A stretch of 64,000 nt of DNA from Chitinolyticbacter meiyuanensis. Its GTDB lineage: Bacteria > Pseudomonadota > Gammaproteobacteria > Burkholderiales > Chitinibacteraceae. The DNA is taken from NCBI RefSeq assembly GCF_008033135.1, contig NZ_CP041335.1, positions 1,367,925 to 1,431,924 on the forward strand. Direction: 5' to 3'. Position numbers and translations under genes: made by a program. Shown here one piece after another: positions 23,618 to 33,118 of the stretch (the stretch's first letter is position 1; each line of letters starts with the position of its first letter). Under the pieces are notes generated by a model. The model was not told where the DNA came from, ran no database searches, and saw only the letters and a list, made by a program, of their open reading frames with translations.

Positions 23618-24023
23618 GTGCTGCCTCCTCGGCGGCTGGCATCACGGTATCGCCGATGTGGCGCGCCATATAGAGATAAAGCGCGACATACCAAGCCATG
23701 CCGAACAGCGTGAACATCGCGTCGGAACCGCGCTCTGCAGCGGGATGGATGGCTGCGAGCAGCGCAAAAAGTACGACGATGGCCACGATGCCGATCACCA
23801 GCACCATGATGAAATGCAGCATGGCGACGAAACCGATGCTCAGGTACTTGGCGAGAAACTGGGTGCCTTGTTTGCCACCGTTGGCGTTGAAGCACCACCA
23901 GGTGCCCCAGATCGGAATGGCGATATTGGTGGCGCTGTTCAGGTAGCGCCAGAAACCGCTGGTGTCATCGGGGGAATAGCCGATCAGCTCGACCGCCGCA
24001 GCGTTGAGCGCGACGAATATCAA
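23610..24023 (-). CDS. hypothetical Trp-rich membrane protein (137 aa, TTG start)
   Basis: Strong GC3 coding bias. The first in-frame start is TTG, immediately after a TAG. TM segments present. Confidence 0.4.
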   Translation of the reverse strand: MIFVALNAAAVELIGYSPDDTSGFWRYLNSATNIAIPIWGTWWCFNANGGKQGTQFLAKYLSIGFVAMLHFIMVLVIGIVAIVVLFALLAAIHPAAERGSDAMFTLFGMAWYVALYLYMARHIGDTVMPAAEEAAHA

Positions 24024-24134
24024 CTAAATAGAGAAACTGCTGGTACTCGGAAAGACCATGTGTACGCAGGTGCTGCTTCAGCGGTTGGAGTCGCCAGAAA
24101 TACATGGGGTGCCTCGTTGGGTCGGATGGCGTTG

Positions 24135-24725
24135 TCAGCCGCGTGCGCGTTCGAGCAACAGCAACATGGTCAGCGCCAGCGTGATGGCGCGTTCGGGCTC
24201 GTCGCCCAGTGGAACGTGGCGCTCCAGCACGTAGCGGCCTTCGAAGAAGGCGGCTTCCTTGCGCAGGCTCATCAGCACACGGCCGGTGTGGTCGCGCACG
24301 TCATACTGCGGATGCAGGAAGTACCCCGACAGCATCCCGACTACCGGAATCTCCTCGACGAGACCGTTGGCAAAGCGCACCCAAGGGTTGGCCTCGCTGA
24401 CCTCCAGCGTGCCGAGCCCCGGCAGCTCGATCTCGTAGCTGGCGCGCCACAGCGAGCGCATGCCGCGCCGGCGCAGCTGCGCCAACCGGCTGCCCGCCTG
24501 ATCGGAGACGCTATAGCTTGCCGAGAAATCGATGATGCGATCGGCATCGATGCGATAGAGCGGCCGGGTCTGTGCCTCGTCGGCAAACAGCGTGACCGAT
24601 TCCTTGAACTTGAACAGCTTTTGCTTGGCATGAAACAGCAGCGTGCCATCGGCATCGCGGGCGGACAGCTGCTGGGCGATCGCGAGAATCTTGAACGAAA
24701 ACTCGACGGGAAAGCGGGTGGGCAT
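24135..24725 (-). CDS. LURP-one-related / YxjI-family protein (tubby C-terminal-like, scramblase-like fold)
   Basis: 'FKILAIAQQL...LLFHAKQKLFKFKESVTLFADE' resembles B. subtilis YxjI ('KQKLFSWGDSFTIYDE'). C-terminal hydrophobic tail. 5 bp downstream of the giant ATPase gene. Confidence 0.6.
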   Translation of the reverse strand: MPTRFPVEFSFKILAIAQQLSARDADGTLLFHAKQKLFKFKESVTLFADEAQTRPLYRIDADRIIDFSASYSVSDQAGSRLAQLRRRGMRSLWRASYEIELPGLGTLEVSEANPWVRFANGLVEEIPVVGMLSGYFLHPQYDVRDHTGRVLMSLRKEAAFFEGRYVLERHVPLGDEPERAITLALTMLLLLERARG

Positions 24726-24730
24726 GGCTG

Positions 24731-27700
24731 TTACTCCGTGGTGTCGGCCTTGGCCGGCTTTCTGGTGGCGCGATTGAGCGTCGCATCCATGGTCTTGATC
24801 TGTTCGCCGATCAGTTTGACCTTGTCCCAGATGTCATGGTCGAGTCGGATCTTGTGCTGCATGGCGCTGATCACGGGGATCAAGGCGTTTTCATAGGCAT
24901 GACCCAGCGCCTGCAGCACTGACAGCAGCTCCGGCTGTGGCGGCACGGTGATCTGCGGCTGGCTGTCGCGCAGCGCCTGCTCCAGCGCAACGAGCCCGTC
25001 GCGCCAAGTGCGGGCCAGCAGCTTGCTGCTGGTTTCGCCGGTGGCCAAGTGCTTTTCGATCTGGCCGATGGCGGCGGCGATCTGCTGGCCGCTGTCCTGG
25101 TTGGCGAGCCGCGCGCTGATGTCGCCGAGCGCGCTGACGATATGCGAGACCTGCTGCGCCAGCTTGGTGGCACCGTCGGCGTCCGAGCCGCCCATGCGCT
25201 TGTGGTGCAGGAAATCGCGCTTGATCTGCGCCCAGCGCTCGGCCTCTTGAGCGGTGAGGACGCCTTGCAGCTCGGCCAGCTTCAACAGGTTTTCCTCGGC
25301 GCCGTGGGTGAGTGTCTGTGCTTCGCCGAGGTAGTGATCGCGCACCATGGCGGCAAGCTCGGTCTCGTTCATGATGGCGGAGACCTTGATCGCCAGCTTG
25401 GCCATGTTGCGATAGCTGCCCTGCAGCTTGAATGGTGGCTCCACACGGTAGGCATCGGCTTGCGCCGCCGAGGCGATATAGGCGGCGTTCACCTTCATCA
25501 GCACTTCGCGCACGGCGAACAATTTTTGCAGCACCGCCACGATCTCGCCCGCTTCGGCCGCGCTGTAGCCGTGCTTGAAGTCGGTGAGCGGCACGGCGTC
25601 GCCGCTGGCCTGGCGCAGGAACAGCTGGATGTCGGCCGGATCGCGGTGTGACAGCGGCGCAAGCACCGGATTGGCGGTGAGGCTGTTCTCGATGTACGAC
25701 AGCGCGAACAGTGCTTCCTTGCCGGAGAGCACATCGCCCAGGTTGTAGATGTCGGCGCGGTTGGCCAGCATGTCTGGGATACGGAAGGCTTCGCCAGTCT
25801 CGGTATACGGGTTGCCGGCCATCACCACGCAGAAGCGTTTGCCGCGCAGATCATAGCTCTTGGCTTCACCTTTCCAGATGCCCTCAATGCGACGGGTGCC
25901 GTCACACAGCGCGATGAAACGCTGCAGGAATTCGGGCGAGGTGTGCTGGATGTCGTCGACGTACAGCATCACGTTGTTGCCCATTGCCAGGCCAAAGTTC
26001 AGCCGCTCCAGCTCTTGGCGCGCCGCGCTGCTGTCGGCCTGGGCCGGATCGAGCGAGGTGACCTTATGGCCGAGTGCCGGGCCGTTCACGCGTACGAACA
26101 CCAGACCCAGCCGGTTGGCCACGTACTCCATCAGCGTGGTCTTGCCGTAACCCGGTGGCGAAATCAGCAGCAAGAGGCCCATCAGGTCGCCACGCCGCGA
26201 TTCGCCAGCGGTGCCGATCTGCTTGGCGAGATTGTCGCCGATCAGCGAGAGGTAGACCTCGTCGATCAGCCGGTTGCGCACGAAGCCTGAGAGCGGCTTG
26301 GCCTGATATTGCTCCAGCCGTAGCGTCCGGCGGGTGCTGTCGACGATGTCCTGACGCAGCGCCTGCAGCGTGGTGAAGGCGGGTACCACGGTGGCGTCGT
26401 AATCGGTCAGCCGCGCGCGGAATTCGTTGAGATCGAGCGCGAGCCCGCCATTGACGACGCGCGGATGCGCGCCGACGAGGCCGTCCACGGTGCCGGTCAG
26501 CGCCACGCTGAGCCGGTTGCGCGGCAGCTCCGTCAGCAGCAGCGCCGCGGCTTCCGGTGCGTAGCCCACGGGCAGGCCGTGGCTGCTCGCCAGCGCTTCG
26601 CACCAGTGCAGCGCCAGCGCCCAGCGCTCATGCAGGCTGCCGGTCTGCAGCCCGTCGCGCAGCACGCCGATCACGCCGCGCCGCTCCAGCTCGGTTTGCA
26701 GTGTGGACACCAAGTGCTGGGCATCGCCGCTGGCGAGCCATTCGGCGCTGCCACTGGTCAACTCGGCAATCAGGTAGTCGACCAACTGCTCGCGCGTTGC
26801 CGGCTCGAGCGTGAAGCCTTCACGCGCGCAGAACGCGTCGAGCTGGCCGGCAAGGTTGTCCACCAGTGCCTGCAACGCCTTGCCTTCACCGAACTCGGCA
26901 CGGATGCGGTGCGCGTTGTCGGCACGGGTACGCCAGCCCGCCTTGTCGTTCTCCCAGATGCCATGCGCCCAGAACAGCGCGGCAAGGCCACGCGGTAGCG
27001 GGCCGAAACGCAGCAGCCCGGCTTCGCGATCCATCGGTAGCAAGGCGGCGAGCAGGGCGGCAGCGTCCACATCGTGTACGCCCTTCTGGTAGCCCTCGTG
27101 ATAGCGGGTTGCAGCGAAGTCACGCACCAGCGGCGTGAGCCCGGTGTCCGACAATCGCGCCGCTTCCAGCGCGGCGGCATCGAGCTCGCCCGCATGCATG
27201 GCGGCGAGCATGCGCCAGGCCAGGTATTCGGCGCGGTAGACCAGGTCGTTCTCCGACACCAGCTGCTGCGGCCAATAGGGCCGGAGTGCCAGCAGGCGTT
27301 CGTCGGCGAGCGGTTCGAAGTAGTCGGTGCCGGTCAGGTGCAGCGCCAGCGCATCGTCGCGATGCACCAGCGTCAGATCGAACGGTTGGGTGGTAACGGC
27401 AAAGGTGTGGCGACCCAGGCGGATGCCGTCGGCGCTGAACAGCTCGCCCTTGTCGCGCTGAATGCGCACCGCGTTGTCGCGCAGCGAGGTGAGCCGGCCT
27501 TCCAGCGTATCGGCTTGCACCGTGTCGTTCAGTCGGCGCAGATCGCCGATCAGGCCGCGCAGCTTGTGCACCATCGGATCGGCGGCGAAGTAGCTGTGCA
27601 GCTCCTCGGGCGAGCTGAAGCGCGAAAGCCGCTTCTCGATGCTCTCGACGATGCGGCGGGCGGCGGCGGCCAGCGATTGGGCGCGTTGCTGGCGGGCATC

Positions 27701-29992
27701 GAGCAGCGTCTGCCGCCGGCTGGCGAAAGCGTCGTAGACGGCATCGCGCTTGGCGACGATGTCGGCGAGGAAGGTGTCCTGACCGCCGAAGCGGGTTTCC
27801 AGCTCTTCCAGCTGGGTCAACAGCTGCGTGAGCGCTTCGTCGCAGCGTTCCGGGCTGTCGGCCAGGTCGAGTGCGTTGGCTACGCTCTGGCCGAACAGCT
27901 TGAACTGCGCGCCAAATTCGGCACTGGCCTCGCGTACTGCGAGCTGGTCGCGCTGGGCCCGGGCGCGGGCGCGCACCTGGTTGAGTCGGGCATAGACCTC
28001 GCCGATATCATCGAGGATGCGGGTGCGCACGGTGGCATCGCCGCTGTCCAGTCCGGCCAACAGCTCGGTCAGCAGGTCGAGACCGCTGGCGGTGCCGTCG
28101 AGCGCGGTCAGTTGCGGCGTCAGCGCGGCCACGGTCGGGATGCCCGGCAGGGCCGTGGCGATCGCATCAAGCTCGCCGTGGTAGCCGGCGAAGGCCTGTG
28201 GCGCGCCGAGAAAGCGCACCGTCTCGTCGGACAGCCGCTTCTGTTCGGCGGCAAGGCCAGCGTCGATGGCCTGCAGCCGTGCCGCATCGATATAGCGCTG
28301 CTCGGAGAGGCCCAGCAGCTCGCCGCGCACGGCGCGCAAGCGGGCCAGTGCATCGACGAACTGCTGCGGCGCCTTCCAGATGGTGGCGGCGATGTCGGTG
28401 AGCAGCGCCTTGTTCTGCGCTTCCATCTTTGCCAGCGCGGTATCGGCAGCGTGGCGGATGGCGGTGACCTTGTCGAACTCGTCGAGCGTCAGCCGCGCGG
28501 TGTCGGCGATGGTCTTGAGCGCGCCGCCGAGCTGGCCGGCTTCGGCCTCGTCCAGCCAGAAGTAGCCATCCTGCAGCCGGGTGATGGCGCGGATCAGGTC
28601 CTCGTAGTGCAGCCGGCTCGGGCTCTGTTCGCGCGTGGCGCGGGCGATGGCATAGAGCTCGGACAGTCCACGCACCAGCTCCGGATTGCCGATACGGCCG
28701 AAGAAGCCGGGTGGTGGCGCCTTGGCGGCGTATTCGTCGCTGCAGAATGGTGTGGTCCACAGCTGCATCGCGTGATTGCGTGTCGCTTCCTCGCCTTCGG
28801 CGTTGAACAGCAGCACGCGGCCATCGTCGAAGCGGGCGTAGCCGTTGCTGAACAGCGGTGAGGACAGTGCCTTGTCGATCAGGTTGTAGGCCAGCAGCGC
28901 ATAGCGGCCGGCCTCGGCATCGTGGAACACGTACAGCACATCCTCGCCATTGGGCGAGCGCAGCATGCGCTTGAACCGCAGGCCGGTGACATCCTCGGTG
29001 AAGGTCTTGTATTCGCCGCTCTGCAGGTAGCAGCCACCGGGAAAGACGATGCCGTGATCCTCGGGCAACTGCACGCAGGAATCGCCGATGCCATCGATGC
29101 GTGTCACCGCCTGGGTACGGGTGTTGAACACCAAGTAGCGATACGCCGTTTCGCGATAGGGCAGGATCTTGAGCAGGATCAGCGCGCCCAGTCGGGCGTA
29201 GCTGATCTCGGCGTCGGTCAGCGACTGGCTGGCATCGTCCACCGGCTCGCTGTAGATGCCACGGCCGACATCGGTGTTGTTCTCGACCTTGATCGTCAGG
29301 TCGCCGTTGATGGTTTCGACGAACAGCGCATCAAGGATGTTGATATGCGGATGCTTGCCGTTGACATGCTGCTCGCGGCCGGTGGCGATCCATTCGAAAT
29401 CGTGCGACGGCGGCGGTGCGATATCCCGCTCGCCCCGGTTGTCGATGTATTGGGTGACGGCCCCATCGCGCCCAAGCTGCCAGCGGAACACCCGCAGGTC
29501 GCTGGCGCGGGCGCCGATCTGGAACGCGGCGAGCAGCTTGTCGCCAGTGACACGCAGCTGGCGCAGGCTGGCGTGCTTGTAATAGGCGTAGAGCTCGCGG
29601 AAGTCGGCAGCGAAGCGTGGGTCATCGAGAAAGGTGCCAGCCGTGGCGACGGCTTCCAGCTCGACCGCATCGTCATTGCCGGCAAGCCGGTACAGGCTGA
29701 ACACATCGTCGACGCGCGTTTCCTGGCGCAGGCCGATATAGACGTTGTAACCGAACAGCAGCAGCTCTCCGACCCGCACGATGTCGCGCGCTACGCAATT
29801 GTTCTCGGTGCGGGCACGGGTGCGTGCCAGCAGGCGCAGGTCGGCCCGGCCGAAGGCGGCGAGCCGCGCCTCGTTCAGCGTGCCGGCTGCGCCCAGCAGT
29901 ACCTCACCCTGCTGGGACAGGCGCTGCTTCAGCAACTCGTAGCCGCCGCTGGCGGCGATGTCCTGGTCGATTTCCGGAAAGGTGCTCATCAA
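24731..29992 (-). CDS. giant (1753 aa) alpha-helical protein with a single MoxR/dynein-like AAA+ module; families of this kind are sometimes annotated 'DNA repair ATPase'
   Basis: Walker A 'LLLISPPGYGKTTLMEY' encoded near 26150-26180. 'CVVMAGNPYTE...RADIYNLGDV' sensor/Arg-finger-like region. Long coiled-coil-like regions on either side. Confidence 0.6.
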   Translation of the reverse strand: MMSTFPEIDQDIAASGGYELLKQRLSQQGEVLLGAAGTLNEARLAAFGRADLRLLARTRARTENNCVARDIVRVGELLLFGYNVYIGLRQETRVDDVFSLYRLAGNDDAVELEAVATAGTFLDDPRFAADFRELYAYYKHASLRQLRVTGDKLLAAFQIGARASDLRVFRWQLGRDGAVTQYIDNRGERDIAPPPSHDFEWIATGREQHVNGKHPHINILDALFVETINGDLTIKVENNTDVGRGIYSEPVDDASQSLTDAEISYARLGALILLKILPYRETAYRYLVFNTRTQAVTRIDGIGDSCVQLPEDHGIVFPGGCYLQSGEYKTFTEDVTGLRFKRMLRSPNGEDVLYVFHDAEAGRYALLAYNLIDKALSSPLFSNGYARFDDGRVLLFNAEGEEATRNHAMQLWTTPFCSDEYAAKAPPPGFFGRIGNPELVRGLSELYAIARATREQSPSRLHYEDLIRAITRLQDGYFWLDEAEAGQLGGALKTIADTARLTLDEFDKVTAIRHAADTALAKMEAQNKALLTDIAATIWKAPQQFVDALARLRAVRGELLGLSEQRYIDAARLQAIDAGLAAEQKRLSDETVRFLGAPQAFAGYHGELDAIATALPGIPTVAALTPQLTALDGTASGLDLLTELLAGLDSGDATVRTRILDDIGEVYARLNQVRARARAQRDQLAVREASAEFGAQFKLFGQSVANALDLADSPERCDEALTQLLTQLEELETRFGGQDTFLADIVAKRDAVYDAFASRRQTLLDARQQRAQSLAAAARRIVESIEKRLSRFSSPEELHSYFAADPMVHKLRGLIGDLRRLNDTVQADTLEGRLTSLRDNAVRIQRDKGELFSADGIRLGRHTFAVTTQPFDLTLVHRDDALALHLTGTDYFEPLADERLLALRPYWPQQLVSENDLVYRAEYLAWRMLAAMHAGELDAAALEAARLSDTGLTPLVRDFAATRYHEGYQKGVHDVDAAALLAALLPMDREAGLLRFGPLPRGLAALFWAHGIWENDKAGWRTRADNAHRIRAEFGEGKALQALVDNLAGQLDAFCAREGFTLEPATREQLVDYLIAELTSGSAEWLASGDAQHLVSTLQTELERRGVIGVLRDGLQTGSLHERWALALHWCEALASSHGLPVGYAPEAAALLLTELPRNRLSVALTGTVDGLVGAHPRVVNGGLALDLNEFRARLTDYDATVVPAFTTLQALRQDIVDSTRRTLRLEQYQAKPLSGFVRNRLIDEVYLSLIGDNLAKQIGTAGESRRGDLMGLLLLISPPGYGKTTLMEYVANRLGLVFVRVNGPALGHKVTSLDPAQADSSAARQELERLNFGLAMGNNVMLYVDDIQHTSPEFLQRFIALCDGTRRIEGIWKGEAKSYDLRGKRFCVVMAGNPYTETGEAFRIPDMLANRADIYNLGDVLSGKEALFALSYIENSLTANPVLAPLSHRDPADIQLFLRQASGDAVPLTDFKHGYSAAEAGEIVAVLQKLFAVREVLMKVNAAYIASAAQADAYRVEPPFKLQGSYRNMAKLAIKVSAIMNETELAAMVRDHYLGEAQTLTHGAEENLLKLAELQGVLTAQEAERWAQIKRDFLHHKRMGGSDADGATKLAQQVSHIVSALGDISARLANQDSGQQIAAAIGQIEKHLATGETSSKLLARTWRDGLVALEQALRDSQPQITVPPQPELLSVLQALGHAYENALIPVISAMQHKIRLDHDIWDKVKLIGEQIKTMDATLNRATRKPAKADTTE

Positions 29993-30033
29993 CGATGGCC
30001 TTGTAGACGGGGCAGGGTGGGCAGGTGGCTGGA

Positions 30034-30582
30034 TCAGCCCAGCGTGGAATCGCTTGCCTGCAGGTAGGCCAGCAGCACAGCGCGCAGCGGGTGGCCGGCC
30101 AGCCAGGCGCGCACGCGCTGCGCCTCGGCGTAGTCGGCCTCACCCAGTCGGGCGCGCCAGGTGGCATCGAGCCGTTCGCGCGATTCGGTTTCACGTACCT
30201 CGCGCTGGCCGCGATCGCTGAGGATATGCAGCAGCGAGTGCGTCAAACCCTGGGCGCGCAGCGCCGGCCATTCCTCGCCATCGAGCCAGACCTTGCGGCA
30301 GGCGCTGCAGCGATCGAGCCTGAACTTGAGGTGCCCGGCAACACGGTACTTCTGCAGCAGCTGTGCGCAGTCTGGGCAGCGCAGCGCGCGCGGCGAGGTC
30401 TCCTCCAGCAGCTCGGCAGTGGCCGCCAGCGCCTCGGTAGCCTGCTGCGGCGCTTGTGCCACCCAGCGGCGATAGTCGTCGAGCGCGAGCCAGGTGCCTT
30501 GGCAGGTGGGGCATTGCTCGGCCATCAGGCCGGGCTCCAGCGATTCACGGCGGGTTTCGGTGTTGCAGCTGAGGCAATACAT
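30034..30582 (-). CDS. double zinc-ribbon protein (YdjG-like)
   Basis: Two CxxC...CxxC ribbons ('CLSCN...CPTCQGTWL' and 'CPDC...CSACRKVWLD'). Start lies 9 bp after the upstream ORF stop. Confidence 0.6.
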   Translation of the reverse strand: MYCLSCNTETRRESLEPGLMAEQCPTCQGTWLALDDYRRWVAQAPQQATEALAATAELLEETSPRALRCPDCAQLLQKYRVAGHLKFRLDRCSACRKVWLDGEEWPALRAQGLTHSLLHILSDRGQREVRETESRERLDATWRARLGEADYAEAQRVRAWLAGHPLRAVLLAYLQASDSTLG

Positions 30583-30591
30583 GGGTATGTC

Positions 30592-30909
30592 CTACCAGTA
30601 GACGAAGAAGTAGAGCAACAAGGCAGTGGCATTGCCGAGCATGGTGTAGCGCAGCAGGCGTACTCGCCGAAACAGGCGCCGCTCCAGTTCCGGAATCCGG
30701 CTCCAATCGGGATTGCTATCGGCGAACTCGTTGACGAGGCTCATGCTTTTGGCGATACCGCAGGCGGGATCAAAGTCAGCAGGCGGTGCCTTGTCATCTG
30801 CACTGAGCAGGTCCGGGCAACGGTGCAGGATCACCCGGTAAGCGCGGTTGCACTGATCCGAGTACAGGGCGAACAGCAGGAACAGGAGCGTGAACAGGGC
30901 AAGACCCAC
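30592..30909 (-). CDS. small two-TM membrane protein (GTG start preferred)
   Basis: The track ORF runs 60 bp into the flotillin gene. A GTG at 30909 preceded by GGAGAAG gives a ~105-aa protein with N- and C-terminal TM helices. Confidence 0.4.
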   Translation of the reverse strand: MGLALFTLLFLLFALYSDQCNRAYRVILHRCPDLLSADDKAPPADFDPACGIAKSMSLVNEFADSNPDWSRIPELERRLFRRVRLLRYTMLGNATALLLYFFVYW

Positions 30910-30964
30910 GGCGCTTCTCCGGTGATACCTGAGGCGGGGCACGCCATGGGCGGCCCCGCGTTGC

Positions 30965-33037
30965 TTATTTGCGACCCAGCGAGCCGAGCAGCTTGCCGAG
31001 TGCCTCCTGTGTTTCCGCGTTGCCATCCTTCATCACCCGATGCAGCAGTGCGGCGGCGGACAGGTTCTGCAGCTCGTCGGCGGACTGGCCGAGGCCGCCG
31101 AGCAATTTGCCGGCGTCGTCGATCAGGTTGCGCTCGCCGGCGCGATGCGGTGCGGTGGCGAGCTGCAGCGTTTCGCTCTTGCCGATGGCGCCGTCGATGG
31201 CCTTGCCGATGCCCAGCGCATTGACGAAGCGCTGGAAGTAGTCGCCCTCGCCGCCGACGATGTCGATACGCGCGTTGCCCAGCGCCTTGCCCAGCACCTC
31301 GGCCTGTTCCCGGGCAATGCTGGTGTTGGCGTCGATGGCCTTGAGCGTCTGCACATGGGCGTTGTCGAGGCGCATGCGGAATTCCTCGTGGGCACGGGTG
31401 TCCTCGCTCATTGCCTTCATTGCTTCGAACTTCGAATGCAAGCCCTTGGCTTCGGCGGCGAACTTGGCTTCGATCGCGTGCGCGTCGGCCGTCTTGACCG
31501 TGACGTCGGCGAGGCCCAGCTTCTCGCGGCCCGACGCTTCGGCTTCCAGCTTGAGGCGCAGCGCCTCGGCCTCCGCTTCGCCCATGCGGCTGACCGCGTC
31601 GGCGTCGGCCATCTTCACCTTGGCGGCGATCATGCCGTCCTTCTCCTTGGCATCGGCCGTTACCAGCATCACCTTGGCGTCCGCCAGGCCCGGGGCGGCG
31701 GACAATGCCTCGACGCCCTCAGCTTCACGCTTCTTGGCCTCGGCCTCCTTCTCGGCGACCTTGAGCTTGGCGTCGGCCAGCGTGGTTTCCTCGACGGCCT
31801 TGTGCTTGGCGCGGCGCTCCTCGGCTTCGGCGGCCTTCACTTCCAGCACCAGCTTTTCCTCGGCCTTGGCTTCGGCCGCAATCACCGTGGCCTTGCGGGT
31901 GCGATCGGCCTCGGCGACCACGCGCAGCTCCTTGATCGCCTCTTCCTGCTCGGCCACCGTGCGTTCCACCACGATGCGCTCACGGATCACGTCGGCGATG
32001 GCCTTCTTCTCGATCTCGATCGCCTTGTCGGCCTCGATGCCCTGCAGTGCCACTTCGCGCTCGCGGTCGACCACTTCCAGGTCGCGGGCACGGGTGACCT
32101 TTTCCTCTTCGATGGCGACGGCGCGCTTGCGGTTGTTCTCCGCCACTTCCTTCTCGCGCTGCATGTTCTCCTGCTGCACGGCGATCAGCTGCTCGGCCTG
32201 GATGCGCGCAACCTCGGCCTTGGCGTGTTCCTCGGCGGAGACGCGGTCGGCCTCGGCCTGCTCGCGGGCCCGTACGCTGGCAATCTCGCGCTGCTGGCGC
32301 GCCTCGGCGTCGGCCTGCTGGCGCTGCAGCTCGAGGATGGTCTCGGCGGTTTCGACATCCTTCTTCTTGATCTGCATTTCCTCGTTGCGCTGCAGTTCAT
32401 TGGTGGTGACGTGCTGCACCGCGGTGAGCTCAGTGATCTTGCGGATGCCCTGCGCGTCAAGGATGTTGTTGCGGTCGAGCTTGTCCATCGGTGTCTGCTC
32501 GAGGTAATCGATGGCCGCGTCTTCCAGCACGTAGCCGGAGAGGTTGTCACCGATCTGGCGGATGATCTCGTCGCGGAACTTGTCGCGCGCCATGTAGAGA
32601 TCCTCGAAATCCATCGCCTTGCCGACGGTCTTCAGCGCCTCGGCGAACTTGGCGGCGAACAGCTCTTCCAGCGTGTCCTGGCTGGAGGCACGCTCACAAC
32701 CGACGGTCTGCGCCACGCGCAGCACATCCTCGGCTGTCTTGTTCACGTGGACGAAGAAGGTCACTTCGATGTCGGCGCGGATGTTGTCACGACAGATCAG
32801 GCCGGCGTTGCCCGAGCGCTTGATGACGATGGTCTTGAGCGAGATGTCCATCAGCTCCATCTTGTGGATCACCGGGTAGACCATGCGACCGGTGAAGGTG
32901 ACTTCCGGCTCGCTGCGCAGCGTGTTCACGATCATGCCGCGGCCCTGTTCGACCTTGTGATAGAACTTCACGAACAACAGGAATGCGCTGAAGACGAAGA
33001 AGGCGATGATGGCAATCGCCGTGATGATGGCGGTCAT
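30965..33037 (-). CDS. yqiK: flotillin-family (SPFH/band 7) protein, YqiK-like
   Basis: N-terminal TM, then SPFH domain ('MVYPVIHKMELMDISLKTIVIKR') and a long A/E/K-rich coiled-coil tail. Confidence 0.85.
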   Translation of the reverse strand: MTAIITAIAIIAFFVFSAFLLFVKFYHKVEQGRGMIVNTLRSEPEVTFTGRMVYPVIHKMELMDISLKTIVIKRSGNAGLICRDNIRADIEVTFFVHVNKTAEDVLRVAQTVGCERASSQDTLEELFAAKFAEALKTVGKAMDFEDLYMARDKFRDEIIRQIGDNLSGYVLEDAAIDYLEQTPMDKLDRNNILDAQGIRKITELTAVQHVTTNELQRNEEMQIKKKDVETAETILELQRQQADAEARQQREIASVRAREQAEADRVSAEEHAKAEVARIQAEQLIAVQQENMQREKEVAENNRKRAVAIEEEKVTRARDLEVVDREREVALQGIEADKAIEIEKKAIADVIRERIVVERTVAEQEEAIKELRVVAEADRTRKATVIAAEAKAEEKLVLEVKAAEAEERRAKHKAVEETTLADAKLKVAEKEAEAKKREAEGVEALSAAPGLADAKVMLVTADAKEKDGMIAAKVKMADADAVSRMGEAEAEALRLKLEAEASGREKLGLADVTVKTADAHAIEAKFAAEAKGLHSKFEAMKAMSEDTRAHEEFRMRLDNAHVQTLKAIDANTSIAREQAEVLGKALGNARIDIVGGEGDYFQRFVNALGIGKAIDGAIGKSETLQLATAPHRAGERNLIDDAGKLLGGLGQSADELQNLSAAALLHRVMKDGNAETQEALGKLLGSLGRK

Positions 33038-33118
33038 GGTTGCTCCCTGATGAGAAGGCGATACGTCGCTGCGGGCCCGCGCGGGGCGGGTCTGTTGTAC
33101 GGGGTTGAAATTGCGGGA

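Noticed and set aside
31400-32450. Periodic GCC/GAG/AAG-rich DNA repeats that could be mistaken for a tandem repeat or CRISPR-like array
   Set aside because: They are the coding periodicity of the flotillin A/E/K-rich coiled-coil tail. There are no spacer/repeat units of fixed length.
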